A stretch of DNA of 64,000 nt from Zygnema circumcarinatum SAG 698-1b. Lineage: Eukaryota; Plantae; Zygnematophyceae. Position 1 is the first letter of the stretch; every line of letters starts with the position of its first letter. Position numbers and translations under genes: made by a program. Below the pieces are notes generated by a model, which was not told where the DNA came from, ran no database searches, and worked only from the letters and a program-made list of their open reading frames with translations. Positions 47,249 to 64,000 of the stretch are shown here, piece after piece. Location of the stretch: positions 1,131,873 to 1,195,872 of the forward strand of contig CM074816.1 of assembly GCA_037447605.1 (NCBI GenBank). The letters are read 5' to 3'.

Positions 47249-49757
47249 TCATCCAAAGATCGAGATTCCAAAGTATGCACTGCATAATATCCCCACTCCC
47301 ACTGTGATAGCGATGAGAGAGGCGAAGAGAGAGAGGCGGTGAGTGAGCCACGGAACCCTCTTGTGGAGGGCGGAGCTGCAAGACCCTATGAAGGCCGTGT
47401 ACGTGCCCATAGCCAGCACAGTCCCCAGCAAAAACATAACCAAAAATGCCCCTCCTGCAACTTTCGACGGAAAAGCAAGCGCGGGAAGAATGACAAGGAG
47501 TGCGTCCGGCTGCAATCCATGCACGATTCCTGTTGCAAATGTCGCTAAACTGAAAGCTTGTTGATCGGACGCAAAGACAACTGCTCCCGGCTGTGCGAGA
47601 CACTCTGCATCATCCGGACTGCAGGTGATGTGCTGATGCTGAGACTCATAAAACCCCATCGCTCCAATAGTGATGAGGGTAAGCCCCACCACTCGCGAAC
47701 CCCATGTTCGGATTAAGTCCAAGTGAAGTCTGTCGCGAAAAATAACAAAAATAGCCCCAAATAGGACCTGACCCACGTCGTGTCCGCACCCCCAAAGAGC
47801 CCCAATCGCCGCTGATTGGAGGCGGGTTCTCCCAATAGAGAGAGGGGCGAGAGCTGCGAGGTGGTCGGGACCCGAAAGGGTGTGAACGAGACCCGCTAGG
47901 AGGCCCGCCCAGGCGGAGGCGAAGAGGGAGGAGTCGGAGAGGCTGTGGGAGGCTCCCTCTCCCACAGAGAGAGCCACTTTGTGATGGCCCACATGGGCTT
48001 GCGCTATGGCGGGACGCAGGCAGGCGGCCACAACCAGGGCTATGGCGACCAGGCGGAGGGCGCGGAAAATCTGCAGAGGGAGGGAGGGAGGGAGGGAGGT
48101 GAGGTGAGGGAGAAAGAGTGGGGGGAGGGAGAGGGAGAGGTGTTGGGGGGGGCGGGGGGGTTCAGGGAAGAAGGGGGAGAAGGGGGTTGAGATGGTGGGA
48201 AGAGACGGGGGGTAGAGGGAGGGAAGGGGAAGGGTGAGGTGGGAGGGAGGGAAAGGGGGAGAGACAGGAGGTGATAGACGGAGGACAGATCAGGGGAGAG
48301 CGGATGGGGGAGAGGGGGAAGGGGAAATGGGAGGGAGAATGGGCGGGAAGTGGTGGGATGAGGGAAGAGAAGCAAAGGGAAAGGAGGAAAGGAAGGGTGG
48401 GAGGGTGGGGATAATGCAGGGATTCGAGAAGGGGGGGTAATTTAGAGAGGAATGAGCAAAACGAGGAAGCGCTTAAATTGGGGCGAGAGTGCTTAAACGA
48501 GGGAAAAAATAGAAATAAGAGTGAAAGAGAAGGAACCAGGTGGGAGAAGAGAGGGAAAAAGTAGGGGACAGAGGGTTGGGTGGGAGAGGAAAGCGAAAGA
48601 GAGGGAGAGAGAGAGGTAAGGGGAGCTAGAAGAAGGAGCAGCAGAAGGGTGAAAGGGAGGAAAGAGACCGGGAGTTGGAGGGACAAGGAGAAGGGGCCAA
48701 AGGAAAGAATTGTGACGAAGGAAGCAGGAGAGAGTGAACGAGAGGAAGACGGAGAGAGAGACATGAGAAGACGAGAAAAAAGCATAACAGAAAGGCGGAA
48801 AGAGTCACGCACAGAGAAAGAGATGGAGCAAGGAAAAGGCTCCAAAAAAAGGAAAAATGGCGGAAAAGGTGCTAGGTGCCTAGGAAATGAAAAGGATTGG
48901 GAGTCGGAGCAGAGTGGAAAAAACGAGATGGAGAGAGAGAGAGAGGAGAGAGAGAGAGCGAGAGAGAGAGAGAAAGACAAAAGAAAGAGAGAGCGAGAGA
49001 GCGGTGGGGGAGAGGAGGGATGACTTGTGTGCAAGGGACATTGCCATTAGAGGAAAGTAAGCCTCATCCCCAATGCAGGAAAGAATAACTCAAAAGGAGG
49101 AGACCTAGAACATCTCAAATCCTCGGGCGTTCAAATTTGACGACAACGAAATAGTAGACCACTGTGAACGCCTGCACTATCAAAAGGTCCCTCTCTGGGG
49201 GGAAAAAGGGGGAGGAAGAGAAAAAAAAATATAAAATTAAAACTTTCAAGCGAACTCACCCAGGCTCTCCCTGAGTCTGCGCCCGCGCCCTCTCCCACAG
49301 CCGCGCTCTCCTGCGGCTGCACGAATCTGAAGAACCTCTCCCACCCTCTCTCTCCTGTTCGCTCTCCCTCCTCTCTCTCTCTCTCCCCCCCTCTACCTTC
49401 TCCCACACTCTCTCCAAAACCCTCTCCTGCACCCTCTCCCGCTCCTGCACCCGCAACGCAAGCCATGGCTGCCACCACCCTCTCTCTCCTCCACAACACC
49501 GCCTTCCTGGCCCTTAACCCTAAACCTGCAGTCGTACTTTCCGGAGGAGCCGGCACGTGGCACCACTCCCTCCGCCCCCCACCAGTCCCGCACTCTCCGC
49601 TGGCAGACATCTTCACCGACTGCAGCAGCCATGGCGCCGCCTCCTTCCTCCCTAAACCCCTAGAAACCCTAGAAATCCTAAGTTTAAGGGCCACGTCAGC
49701 ACCTGCATACAGCCCCCCGCACTGCCCCAGCGCATGCGCGCTGAGCTGGCCTGACAT
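47249..49757 (-). CDS. Chloroplast NiCoT/UreH-like multi-pass membrane protein (CGF1/CGF2, At4g35080-like), 2 exons
   Basis: Exons 49757-49260 (transit-like) and 48070-47249. Motifs: SAWAGLLAGLVHTLSGPDHLAALAPLSIGR, GALWGCGHD.GQ, WGSRVVGLTL, TFATGIVHGLQPDAL, FL.GTVLAMG.YT.FIG. The start codon is uncertain. Confidence 0.9.
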
Positions 49758-50913
49758 GGGGGCGCCACGTGGCACCGCACGAGGGCTTAGGGTTTAAGGA
49801 TGGGCTTTGGGAGGAGGCCAATGAGAGCCTGCCAGGTGGCACTCCCTCAGCGCCTCCGGCCGGGCGGGAGCTTCGCTGGAAAAAGGGTTCAAGGAAGGGC
49901 GCGGAGGGGCTTTGGAGGGGGGTTTGGATCAGGGTTCAGGGACGAGGCCAGGGCGTAGGAGTCTAGGATCGATGACATGGCGTAAGAGGATTGGCCGAGG
50001 GAGATTTGATATCATAAAATGATGATGTGGCACAGCCGGCAGAGGGTTTGCCGCCCGGTGGCCAGCCGGCCGGTAACTGACGTGGATGTCGGTGGCTCTG
50101 CGTCAACGAATTAGAGGCTGGCGTCACACGTGCAAAAATGTGGAGGACACATTTTTGGCGCGTGCCTCTGCTGAGGTGGATGTGCTAACGTGGCAGAAAG
50201 GACAGGGCTGGCGAACGGAACTGGTGTTCTATGATCAATTTCGTCGAGAAAGCTGTTTGTGGTTCCGTTGTTCGCATGTGTGACGTGACATGTAACGGAG
50301 CCATGTTCCAAATCAACGGATAACCGTCACATGTGAAACCTGGGATGCGAAATTGTTCTCATGGCTATCTATGTTCCTAAGGAGAATTATTTTGACGAAG
50401 ACCGGCTCAAATGAACAAGCCAGTAATATATATATATATATATAGGAATGAAGATTCATAACATTGATATTATAGCTTGTAAAGTTACATTCACAGTAAA
50501 AAATTGTAAATTGTAAATTGTATTGCCTAGATCTCAACATCACAAAAATAATTCATTTTTTCATTTAAAGAATTAAAAATCAACGGATTTCAGCACTGGA
50601 CGGACATGGAACCCCTCCTAGAACCATGAACATCACCCTCATCCCAAGTTATACCCTATTTGGACCCTTTCCCAGTAAGACCAATAATATCCCAGCACTG
50701 AAGGAGGCCCTACTCCTCCATCCTTCCTTCATCTCCGAATTCGATCCTCATTTTATTTTTTTCTTCTCTCCTCTCCCCTTTCAGAAATGGAGTCACCACA
50801 AAAATTTCGATCTCCTGCATCCTAAAAAGAAAAATGAAAAAGTAGTAACGGAAAAAAAAAGGGGAAAATCAATCTGGCAAGCAAACTGTTCAATACTTAT
50901 CCTACACCCGCCT

Positions 50914-50965
<52 letters not shown>

Positions 50966-51192
50966 TCCTCCCTCACTCTTTCCTCCCCCTCTCTCACTCT
51001 CACACTCCCTCTCTCGCTCCCTCTCTCCCTCCCTCTCCCCCTCTCTCTTCCCCCCTCTCTTTCACTCTCTCCTCTCTCTCTCCCTCTCTCTCCCCCACCC
51101 TCCCCCTCCCTCCCTCTTCTCTCTCACCCTCTCTTCCCCCCCCCACCCTCCCCCTCCCACCCTCCCTCCCTCCCTCCCTCCCGCCCGCCCTC

Positions 51193-55263
<4,071 letters not shown>

Positions 55264-57263
55264 GCGTCCCTCCGTTGTGGAAATCCAGTTCCAAATTTTT
55301 AACTTTGACGGGTTCTATGTGTAGTTTGAGGGGTCAGCGTGGCGGCGGCATCGCACCAGAACCGCAGGTTTTATTTCTGACGTCTGTTGGCGGGCGCTGG
55401 TCTCGCTCCCGCTCTCTCTCTCTCTCGCTCTCGCCCCCCTGCGCTCTCTTTCAGACAGTCTCTTAGATTTTCCTTTATCTCTTTGCGCTGTTTGCCCCTT
55501 CCACTCTCTCCCTCTCTGTCTCAAATCCTCCCTCACCTCCTCTAGCTCTCTCCCCCTCCTACTCTCACTCACCCTACCTCTCCCCCTCTCCCTCTCCCTC
55601 TCCCTCTCTCCCTCTCCCTCTCCCTCTCCCTCTTCCTCCTCTCTGCCTGTCTTTCCCTCTCTCCCCGTCCTACTTGGCGTCACCCCCCTCCCCCCTTCCT
55701 CCCCCCGCGGGCAGCAGAAAGTAAACTAAATTAAGCCTCTAGTCAAATCTGCAGCACAAAGGGCGTGGAGGCGGACTACAATGGTAATATATTTCGCCTG
55801 TTTCAATTTTTATAATGTAACTTTATTGAGGGTAACTCCATCAAACTTGGAAGGGCGGTCACGTCACGCGCCGACGAAGTGCTACGTGTCGGCTGGACGC
55901 TGGTACATCCACCACGTGGCAGACGGCCAGCCCTCTCACCGACACAAACAGCCGATAGAAAAATACGCACTTTGTCGGTTGTGCGCCGCGTGGCAGGTGG
56001 ATCCTTCAGAATCGTTTGGATCCACGCCATTCGCTGCTGCGCAGATCGCGTCGGCGGTTGACTTTTGCGACCAGGGCCAACGGGGGTCTCCATGATCATC
56101 TCTCCGTTCAAATGTGGAGCCAATAAGTCGACCACGTCATCACTACGACGGGCTCTGATTGGGCGTGATGTGGCCTGCTCGGACTTGATGCAACGTGTCG
56201 AGTGTCTTGTTTGTGTACGATTAGTTGCAAAATTTTCAGTATGTTATACGACAAAACATAGATTCTGCTGGTGCAGCGTGGGCGGCAGCCAGCCACAGGC
56301 AGGCGCACGCGATCGTGGAAATATCTTTGGAAGTGGAGTATCGGCTGTCACGTGGACCAATCAGAGGCGCAATAACTGGGCGGCACTTGATCTTGCGGAG
56401 CTCTAGAAAGTTCTTATTTGCTACAAAACCGACATGTACGAACACAAGAAGTGGACGGAAACGTACGGACAGCACAACATTGAACGGCTCGTATGCACTA
56501 ATGAGGTGAAATCGACGGCTGTTGCTTGACACGTGCTAGCGGACAAGGCCGTGCTGCCTCAACCGTTTGCTGTCGTGTCGGAATCGCGACAGCATAGGGC
56601 GTCACTCTCAGGTCATAGGGACACTTGGCAGTTGTAGACCGTCGACACGTATCGTGATATGATTACATGGTCGGCGGCACGTGAGCGTGTCCGAACTTCG
56701 TTGGAATTGTACGGCGGACATGGGGCTATGGCATAGCATGTATGAGACATAGCTGCAGTGCCGCATGGGGTCATGCCATGCCGACAGCGTCACATCATCC
56801 CGCATGGAATGGGGCCATGCGGACATGGTCCTCACACTTTTACACGGGGGCGTGGGAGTCTTGAGCCACCATCTTTTCGTTTTTTTAGAAAGTTAGGAAT
56901 TCTCAAATGGAGACTCGCCACGTAGACAAGATTGAACTCTTGCCAGATCCTCATTTGAAGACAGTCGGCAATAGTTCGAAGTGGAGAAAGGCCTGATGGC
57001 CTGAGGCTTGACCATGGGCGCATGGCGGCTCTGGAGCATGGCACGGCATGGGGTCATGGGGGATGGCATGGCATGGCATGGCACGACATGGCATGGTAGA
57101 ACACAGCCGCATGCGGCATCACTCGCATGGTCTCATGCCCATCAAACACCATCATGATACAACCCCACAAAAAAACTCCATTTTTTTTCCTCGTCTTTCC
57201 CTCTCAAAAAGCCCCCCACCCCCCCCCCCCTCCATACTGAAACCCTGCCCGTCCCTCCCTCCC

Positions 57264-58484
57264 TCACGAGCGCGGCCTTTTGCCCCTCTGCCCGTCGGAG
57301 CCCCCTTCGCTTCCGCGCTTCCGTTTTCCGTCAAAACTTTTCCCCCCCCTCGCCCCCTTTCCGCCCCGCCCTCCGCTTTCCGTATTTTGGCGCCCGAACC
57401 TTCCCGGGTCCGCGCCCCGCTCTCCTCCGGAACTCGCCCTTTTGCCCTCCGAATTTTGACCTGATTTTCTTTCCTGCCCCCTTCCCCCCCTCCCCCTCCC
57501 CCTTCCAAAGCCTCTCGTTTTGGCTCCTCCCCGCCCTCCTCTAGGGCCCGACGATGAGAGGAAGCCTGAAAATAATAGCAATATATACATCAAAGGAAAG
57601 TAAATAACATGGGATTTTTCAAAGCAACGTTGCTCTAATAGCATATAAACCCCAAAAATCTCCAATTAAAATTCCGTTTTCGGAGGTTTGGGTTTCTGGG
57701 GCTTTCAATGTACGGTGTTCCTTTTGAAATTTTGATTCACACCCAAATACTCTCCACTTTAATTAATCAAAAATAAAAAAAACAATAGCGCTCAAATTAG
57801 AATTTCAACGTACCTGGGTCCGGCTCTTCGCCAACTTCTTGTCGGTAATATTCTGCATCATCGTCTGCTTCCCATTCCTTTTCCTCTCCCACTCCCTCTC
57901 CCTCTCCTTCATCATCACTATCGTCATCGTCGTCTTCGGTAGTCCCTCTTTTCTCCCTGCACCATACCATCTTCCAAGACTTAGAAACCCTCCGATCCCT
58001 ACAACATCTTAAACATAGAAACCGCCATTGCTGTAAACCTAACTTTGGTTTTTCACCTTAGAAGCCTAAAGACCCTAAACCCTAACTCTCTTCAAGGGGC
58101 TGAATTCAACCTCAATTTCGCAAAAAAATCTACGTTGGGATCAACTTCTATTCATGAACCCATCAAACTAAGGCGCACTCTCATTTCCAAACAACATAAA
58201 GCAACAAAAGGAAACAAAGTCCTCTAAGGCAATACCTGCTTCTAGGGTTTAGTTAGTCAGTCAGTCAGTTAGTTAGTCAGCTCCCCCCTTACTTCTTTTT
58301 CCGCCGTACATTCGCCTCCTGTTCAGCGCGCCGCTGCGTCTTTAGAGCCGTCCTTGCCGCAATTTTGGCTTTTAGCTCCGCCACCTCTTCAGGAGTCTTC
58401 TTCACTGAAACGCAAAGGAACGAGAGAGGAAGGGAGAGAGTCAAAGGGGGGAGAGAGAGGCGGAGAGGAGGAGAGAGTGCGTTA

Positions 58485-58567
<83 letters not shown>

Positions 58568-61500
58568 CAGAGGCAGAGGCAGCTTACCGTGTTGATGGTA
58601 CATGACGGCGCCCCCGCAGAGGCCCTCCTCCACCTTGAGGAGGGAGAGGGAGCCGCGGGCCACCTGTGCAGCGTGCAGCCCACCTCCTCCTCCCTGCGCC
58701 CGGGGCCAACTTGCCCGCCGACACCTGCAGCGACGCGGCGGAAGACATACTCGCTGACTGGGGACCCGGCACCGCCTGTGGGGGGGAGGGAGGGAGGGAG
58801 GGAGGGAGGGAGGGAGGGAGGGAGGGAGGGAGGGAGGGAGGGAGGGAGGGAGGGAGGGAGAGAGGGAGAGAGGGAGAGAGGGAAGGCAAAGAGGGAGGGA
58901 GAGAGGGAGGGAGGGAAGGAAGGCAAAGAGGGATGGAGAGAGGGAAGGCGAAGAGGGAGGGAGACAGGGAGGGCAAAGAGGAAGGAAGGGAAGGCAAAGA
59001 AGGAAGAGGGAGGGAGACAGTTCAGACGCTATAAGGGGGAGGGCAGGGAGCAGGGGAGGAGAGGGGGATGGGAAGGAGACTGCCGTCTCTCTCACCTGGT
59101 TACAAACTCGCTGACGTCAGTGAGCGCGCTGAGGTCCGGCAGTTTCCTTCTCTGCACGAGGCGGCGGATGCTGCGAGACACTCCCACGGGCTGCGCGCTG
59201 ACGCTGTAGTGACGTAAGTCTAAGAGGCCGGTCTCCGGGCGGTAGTTGAGGAGGAGAACGCGCTGACAGGTGGCGAGTTTCACCTGTTACAGCATTCCTC
59301 CCGGTTACTCTCTCTCTCTCTCCTTCTCCGTCGCTCTCTCTCTCTCCCTCTCCTCTGTCCTCTGTCCCTCTCCTCTGTCCTCTCTCCCTCTCCTCTGTCC
59401 TCTGTTCCTCTCCTCTGTCCTCTCTCCATCTCCTCTGTCCTCTCTCCCTCTCCTCTGTCCTCTCTCCCTCTCCTTCTCTGTCTCGCTCTTTCGCTTCTGT
59501 TTCCCCCCTCTTCCTCTCCGTCTCTCTACTCTGAGTCCTGTTCCTCTCCTTCTCTGTCTAGCTCACTCTGTCATCTCTCCCTCTCCTACTCTGCCCCCCT
59601 ACCTATCCCCACCTGTTTGCCTCTCCCTCAGCCGTGCCAGCCTGCTCCATTCATCCGTCTCGCCCTTCTACTAACTCTCTCCGCCTTCTGTTTTTCTCAC
59701 TACCTGCCACTCGTTCTCCTCCACCCTCCTGCTTCCCTCCCCTCCTCTCCCGCTCCCTCTCCTCCTCCCCTCCCCCTCTCCTCCCCCCCCCAGCATACCG
59801 TGTTGACATTGATGGCAGGGAACATGTTTTGGAACATGATAGTGATGAGCTTCAGATGCTCCTCCGCTCCGGAAAGGCCGTTCATCACTACCTGCATTCC
59901 ATCTTCCACCCGTTCCCTCCCACACATCTCCATCACAAACTACCCTCAAAACCCTAAATATCGAAAAACCCACAATTTCACAAGCGCCCCATATCCTTTC
60001 TCCTTTCATTAACCTCCCTTAACCCCCCCCCCCCCCCTCCCCCCCCGGATGCAATTTCTTCCATTATTTCCTCTAACAAACCCTAAAACCTGTCAATGTA
60101 ACCCAATATCCGCTCACAAGGGGCGGGCTGTCGAACATGCTTGTGGGCGCTCTTGGTCGAATCTGCGCCTTTAAAATGTCGGCTGCGAGGGAGTATTCCA
60201 AAACTTTGAATGTGAGAGTCGGCCCCCGCGGCGTCCTTGCAATTCTCAAGTAGGGAGCTTCGCGCGTGGCGGTGAGGATAAGGAAGTGGGTAACGCCCAG
60301 AGGGCCCGACACATGCAGGAAATCTTTCACGCTGTTCCGTCGCGATTCCTGAAACCGGAGGAGAACGGAACGGAAGCGCACATGGAACGGCAAGGGGGGA
60401 GGGCAGGGGAGGGGAGGGGAGGAGAGGAGAGGAGGGGAGAGGAGAGGAGGGTGGACGGGAAAGTTGAGTAAAGGGAAGGGTTGGAGGGAGGAGTGGGAAG
60501 TAGAAGTGAGAGTTTGGGATTTTTTGGTTTGCCTAAGCGGATTTTAGGGAGTGAGAAGTGACGATAGTTACACTTTTTGCCCACTTGATCTTATCGATAG
60601 GAAAAGAATATGCAACTGAAGACCTATCGACAAATCCATTAAGAAAACCAAGAAAAGGAACGAGAAACTTAAAAAAATACATCAAATTTATATCCATTAA
60701 AATTCAAACAAGGAATAAAATACAGGGCGACGAAGGAATTACTTTGAGTCGTTTGGCGGTATTTGGCATCATGACATTCCGCAAATCTCTCTCCAAAAGG
60801 CGCAAATTCAGTTCCAGATTTCCGCGCGAAAAAACAAAACTTTTCGGCACTTTGTCCTCTCGACGCACCGCCACCTCCCCCGCTGCCTCGGGCCTCTTCT
60901 TCTTCTGCAGGGCTCTCCATAGTAAGGATTTAGGGTTCAGGGTTTAGGGTTTAGGATTAAGGATTTAGATATTTGGGATCAGGGTTTAGGGTTTAGGATT
61001 AAGGGTTTAGGAATTTGGGTTCAGGGTTTAGGGTTTCGCGTTCAGGGTTTAGGGTTGAGAGGTTTAGGGTTTAGAATTTAGAAATTAGGGTTCAGGGTTT
61101 AGAGTTCAGGGTTAAGGATTTAAGGTTTCGGCTTTAGGGGGTTAAGGGAGTAGGGGTCAAAGGTTAGGGTTTGGGATTGGAAGGTTAGGAGTTATGGGTT
61201 TAAGTTTATGGTTTAACGTATAGGGCTAGGGTTTGGGGATCAGGGTTTCGAGTTTAGGGCTTAGAGTTAAGTTTAGAGGTTAAGGTGTGGCTTTAGGTGT
61301 TAAAATTTAAAGTTAAGGACCGGGTTAAGGGTCTAGGCTTTATGGTGTGCGTCTAGGGCTTGCGTTGAGGGTTTAGGGTTTGGGATTATGGCTTAAGATG
61401 AAGGTTCAGGGTTCAGAGCGGGTTTGGGGTTTGAGATTGAGTGCAGGATTTAGGGTTTAACCTAAGGATTTAAGGTAGACTCTTCCACTTTATGCACCTA

Positions 61501-61833
61501 TGTGCTTCAGTATTAATATGGTCACTTATTGATTCATAGCCAGATTATGCACTGAGCTTGCATGTACATATGCCATATGTAAGTATGCATTTGGGGCTCC
61601 AAAACCGTAGCATTGTAACTCTTCACATGCTCAGTTTTTCCGCTCAGTTCACTCCCGGTTTGCTTCCCTTCACGGAACCGGCAAGCGGCACATCGCATGG
61701 ACCATCCGACGCATGCATGAGTGCCATAGGGCCGCACATGCGGGTTCAGAACCCTTCTAGGGTTCAAGGATTTTAGGGTTTTCAGGGTTTAGAAGTGCTC
61801 GCTTGGCCGCATTACCCTGCGCGTCTTCGCCAT
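57264..61833 (-). CDS. PPAN: PETER PAN-like (Ssf1/2, Brix domain) ribosome biogenesis protein, 9 exons; exon 6 aberrant
   Basis: Exons 61833-61816, 60904-60743, 60348-60118, 59891-59799, 59283-59096, 58775-58588, 58404-58293, 57956-57814 and 57565-57264. Motifs: KVPKSFVFSRG, DLRNVMMPNTA, KDFLHVSGPLGVTHFL, ARTPRGPTLTF, MFQNMFPAINV, CQRVLLLNY, RHYSV...PVGVSR, LLKVEEGLCGG, DDAEYYRQEVGEEPD. Confidence 0.92.
60926..61460 (+). repeat. Degenerate (TTTAGGG)n array filling much of PPAN intron 1
   Basis: About 0.5 kb of GGGTTTA/GGGTTCA/GGATTAA variants. Confidence 0.85.
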
Positions 61834-62744
61834 CGCCGGCCTTCACCCTATCCTCCGCCGCCGCTCTTTCTGCACGCTGCCGCCATCTCCCCCATGCCCC
61901 AATGCCATCAGGCCCATCATACCATGCCATGTCATGCCACCCATACTGTGCCATGCATGCGCATGCCATGCCGACCCATTCCCATCCCCGGAGAGCCTAC
62001 CTCAGCAGCACACGTGGCGGCGCCTGCGCGATCAGCGACCTCTCTCTCGCTGGCGAATGTCTGACTGTTGCGGAGAGGGAAGGAGGGAGGAAGGGGAGGG
62101 GTTACGGGTCGCTTGGCCGTTGGATGTGCCACGTGTGCACGCGTCGACAGGAAGAGATTCGCGTATGGCCGTTGGATGTGCCACGTTCCCAAGCGAGGAA
62201 AACTTAAACAAAGGCGACCTTTGGGGCCGCTTCGAGAGTGGCCTGCGTTGTTGAGCCGAGGGGTAGCATTCAGCTCCTCGCTTTATTCTTTTGTTCTTAG
62301 GTCTTTTGCGACCAGTTCCACGTGGTTCCCCACGATGCTTTTGTTCGTGTACATTCGATGGCATCATCGCCATAGTGAGGTCAGTGCCACATCTTTTGCA
62401 TTTGCCTTCGTGTCTGTGCTTATCTTTAGGGCGTTTCAAACTTAACAAGTTGTTAGTAAGTTTGACACCAAAATAGGTACTCGGTGACATCGCAATACGC
62501 TTGTAGAGGAGTCATTCAATTCCTTTTCTTTTTGTAAGATATCGTGAAGTCTGACAATCCCTAATATAGATAGAAAAACAAAAAAAAGGACCAATTGGGG
62601 TGACCGCAAGTATGTAACATTGGCGCAACCCACGCAGAAACGTCACAAGGGGAGCGACAGCAAGAAAGATATTCTTTTATTGATGATTAATCACGGTGGG
62701 TGCAAAGCACCAACACTCTCTGAATGGTGGGAAATTAGTGGCCC

Positions 62745-63361
62745 TTATGAGCCACTTGCAGCTTGAATCCTCTCCCCTTCCCTCACCCTCACCCCCTCTC
62801 CCTCCCCCTCTCTCCCCCTCTCCATATCCCCCTCCCCATCCCCTTCTACCACCTCCATCCCCCCTCCCCCCTCCGCCTCCCTCTCCCCCTCCCCCTCCCC
62901 CTCCTCCCCCTCCCACTCCCCTTCCCTTTCCCCTCCCTCTCCCTCCCCCTCCCCCTCCCCACCCTTCCCCTCACACTCCCCCTCCCTTTCATCTCCCTCA
63001 CTCCTCCCCTCCTCCCCTCCCACCGCCCTCTCCTCCGCCCCCTCTCCCCCCTTTGCCGCCCTCCCTCCTCCCTCCCTCCTAGCGGAGGGCAATGGTCTCA
63101 GAATGGACCACGACCGCTGCGCCTCGTTTCTCGCCGCCACGTCCACTTTGGCAACTTTTTCAAGCTGCCCGAGAATTGACCGAAAAAAGAAATAAACAAT
63201 CAAAACGAGGAAATTCCGTGCCAGGAGAGGAGGGCTAATTTGCAAAACAAAGGATAAAAGAAATAAAGGCTTTAAATTTTCTTTACCTGCGCGACCATGC
63301 GCTGCAGGAGGTCTGTTCCAACGTCTTTCTCTTTGTCGCCTGTTCGAAAAGTAACTGAGCA
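62745..63361 (-). CDS. Possible 3' exons of an unidentified gene entering from the right edge
   Basis: A 75-nt AG/GT-bounded exon at 63361-63287 ([25 protein letters not shown]) splices in frame to an exon starting at 63164 ([18 protein letters not shown]...). The family is not recognised and the true stop is unknown. Confidence 0.35.
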
Positions 63362-63540
63362 CTGGAGATCATTCAAAACCCAAAAAAAAAAAAAAAAAAA
63401 AAAACCCAGCTGCCCATAAAACCCGTTAGAAAAATCAAAACGAAAATAGGGCATCTGGTTTACAGGAAGGAAAAAATAACGAAATGAAAAAAAAATCAGC
63501 CAAACCAAGAAAGGCAGCGATCCTTTCCGGACGTAGAATC

Positions 63541-64000
63541 AGTCCTTCAGTCCCCTCTCCCCCTGCCCCCCTCTCTCTCCCCCCTCCCCCTTCCCCCCAA
63601 ACCCCCTCCCCTCTCCCCCCAAACCCCCTCCCCCCTCCTCCCCCTCTTCCCCTGCCCCCCTCTCTCTCCCCCCTCCCCCTCCCCCTCCCCTCTCTCCCTC
63701 TTCCCATCTCCCCTCTCCCCCTGCCTCCCTCTCTCTCCCCCCCTCCCCCTCCCCCCTCCCCCTCCCCCCTCACCCCTCCCCCTCCCCCTTCCCCCTCCCC
63801 CTCTCTCCCTCTTCCCATCTCCCCTCTCCCCCTGCCTCCCTCTCTCTCCCCCCCTCCCCCTCCCCCTCCCCCTCCCTCTCCCTCTCCCTCCCTCTCCCCC
63901 CTCCCCCTCCCCCCTCCCCCTCCTCCCCCTCCCCCTCCCCCTCCCCCCTCCCCCCTCCCCCCTCCCCCTCCCCCTGCCCCCTCCCTCCTCCGCCCTCCCC
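63541..64000 (+). repeat. C/T-rich low-complexity tract with a ~50-bp internal duplication
   Basis: CTCTCTCCCTCTTCCCATCTCCCCTCTCCCCCTGCCTCCCTCTCTCTCCCCCC occurs at ~63691 and ~63801; probably intronic. Confidence 0.85.

Overview
Eukaryotic nuclear DNA from an intron-rich green plant-lineage genome. By inference it is a streptophyte alga or other early-diverging streptophyte, based on TTTAGGG telomere-type repeats, GSIIB-type glutamine synthetase, cpFBPaseII, a clade A PP2C and a MUR4-like epimerase. Exon chains were assembled by eye from GT-AG boundaries and recognised protein motifs. In order, the window holds: the 3' end of CHLH; a truncated Ty1/copia element (5' LTR, PBS, gag relic); a saccharopine dehydrogenase-like oxidoreductase; a GH32 acid invertase with the 9-nt DPN mini-exon; tRNA-Gly(GCC); a DUF1995-like gene head-to-head with cpFBPaseII; TAD3; an NHL/LEA_2 gene; an 8-exon CapA (PGA_cap) gene of a family I know from prokaryotes and fungi; GSIIB; a MUR4-like UDP-sugar 4-epimerase without a membrane anchor; a CGF/NiCoT-like membrane protein; a clade A PP2C with Tyr at the ABA Trp-lock position; PETER PAN-like; and a partial unidentified gene at the right edge. 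Most long ORFs in the supplied track are artefacts of CT/GA low-complexity introns. The strongest unexplained structure is a fixed-spacing composite CCAAT-N9-CCACG (the ERSE-I consensus). It occurs at least 10 times, including two promoters with the same 54-bp inverted-pair layout. The G-box GCCACGTGGC is also strongly over-represented.
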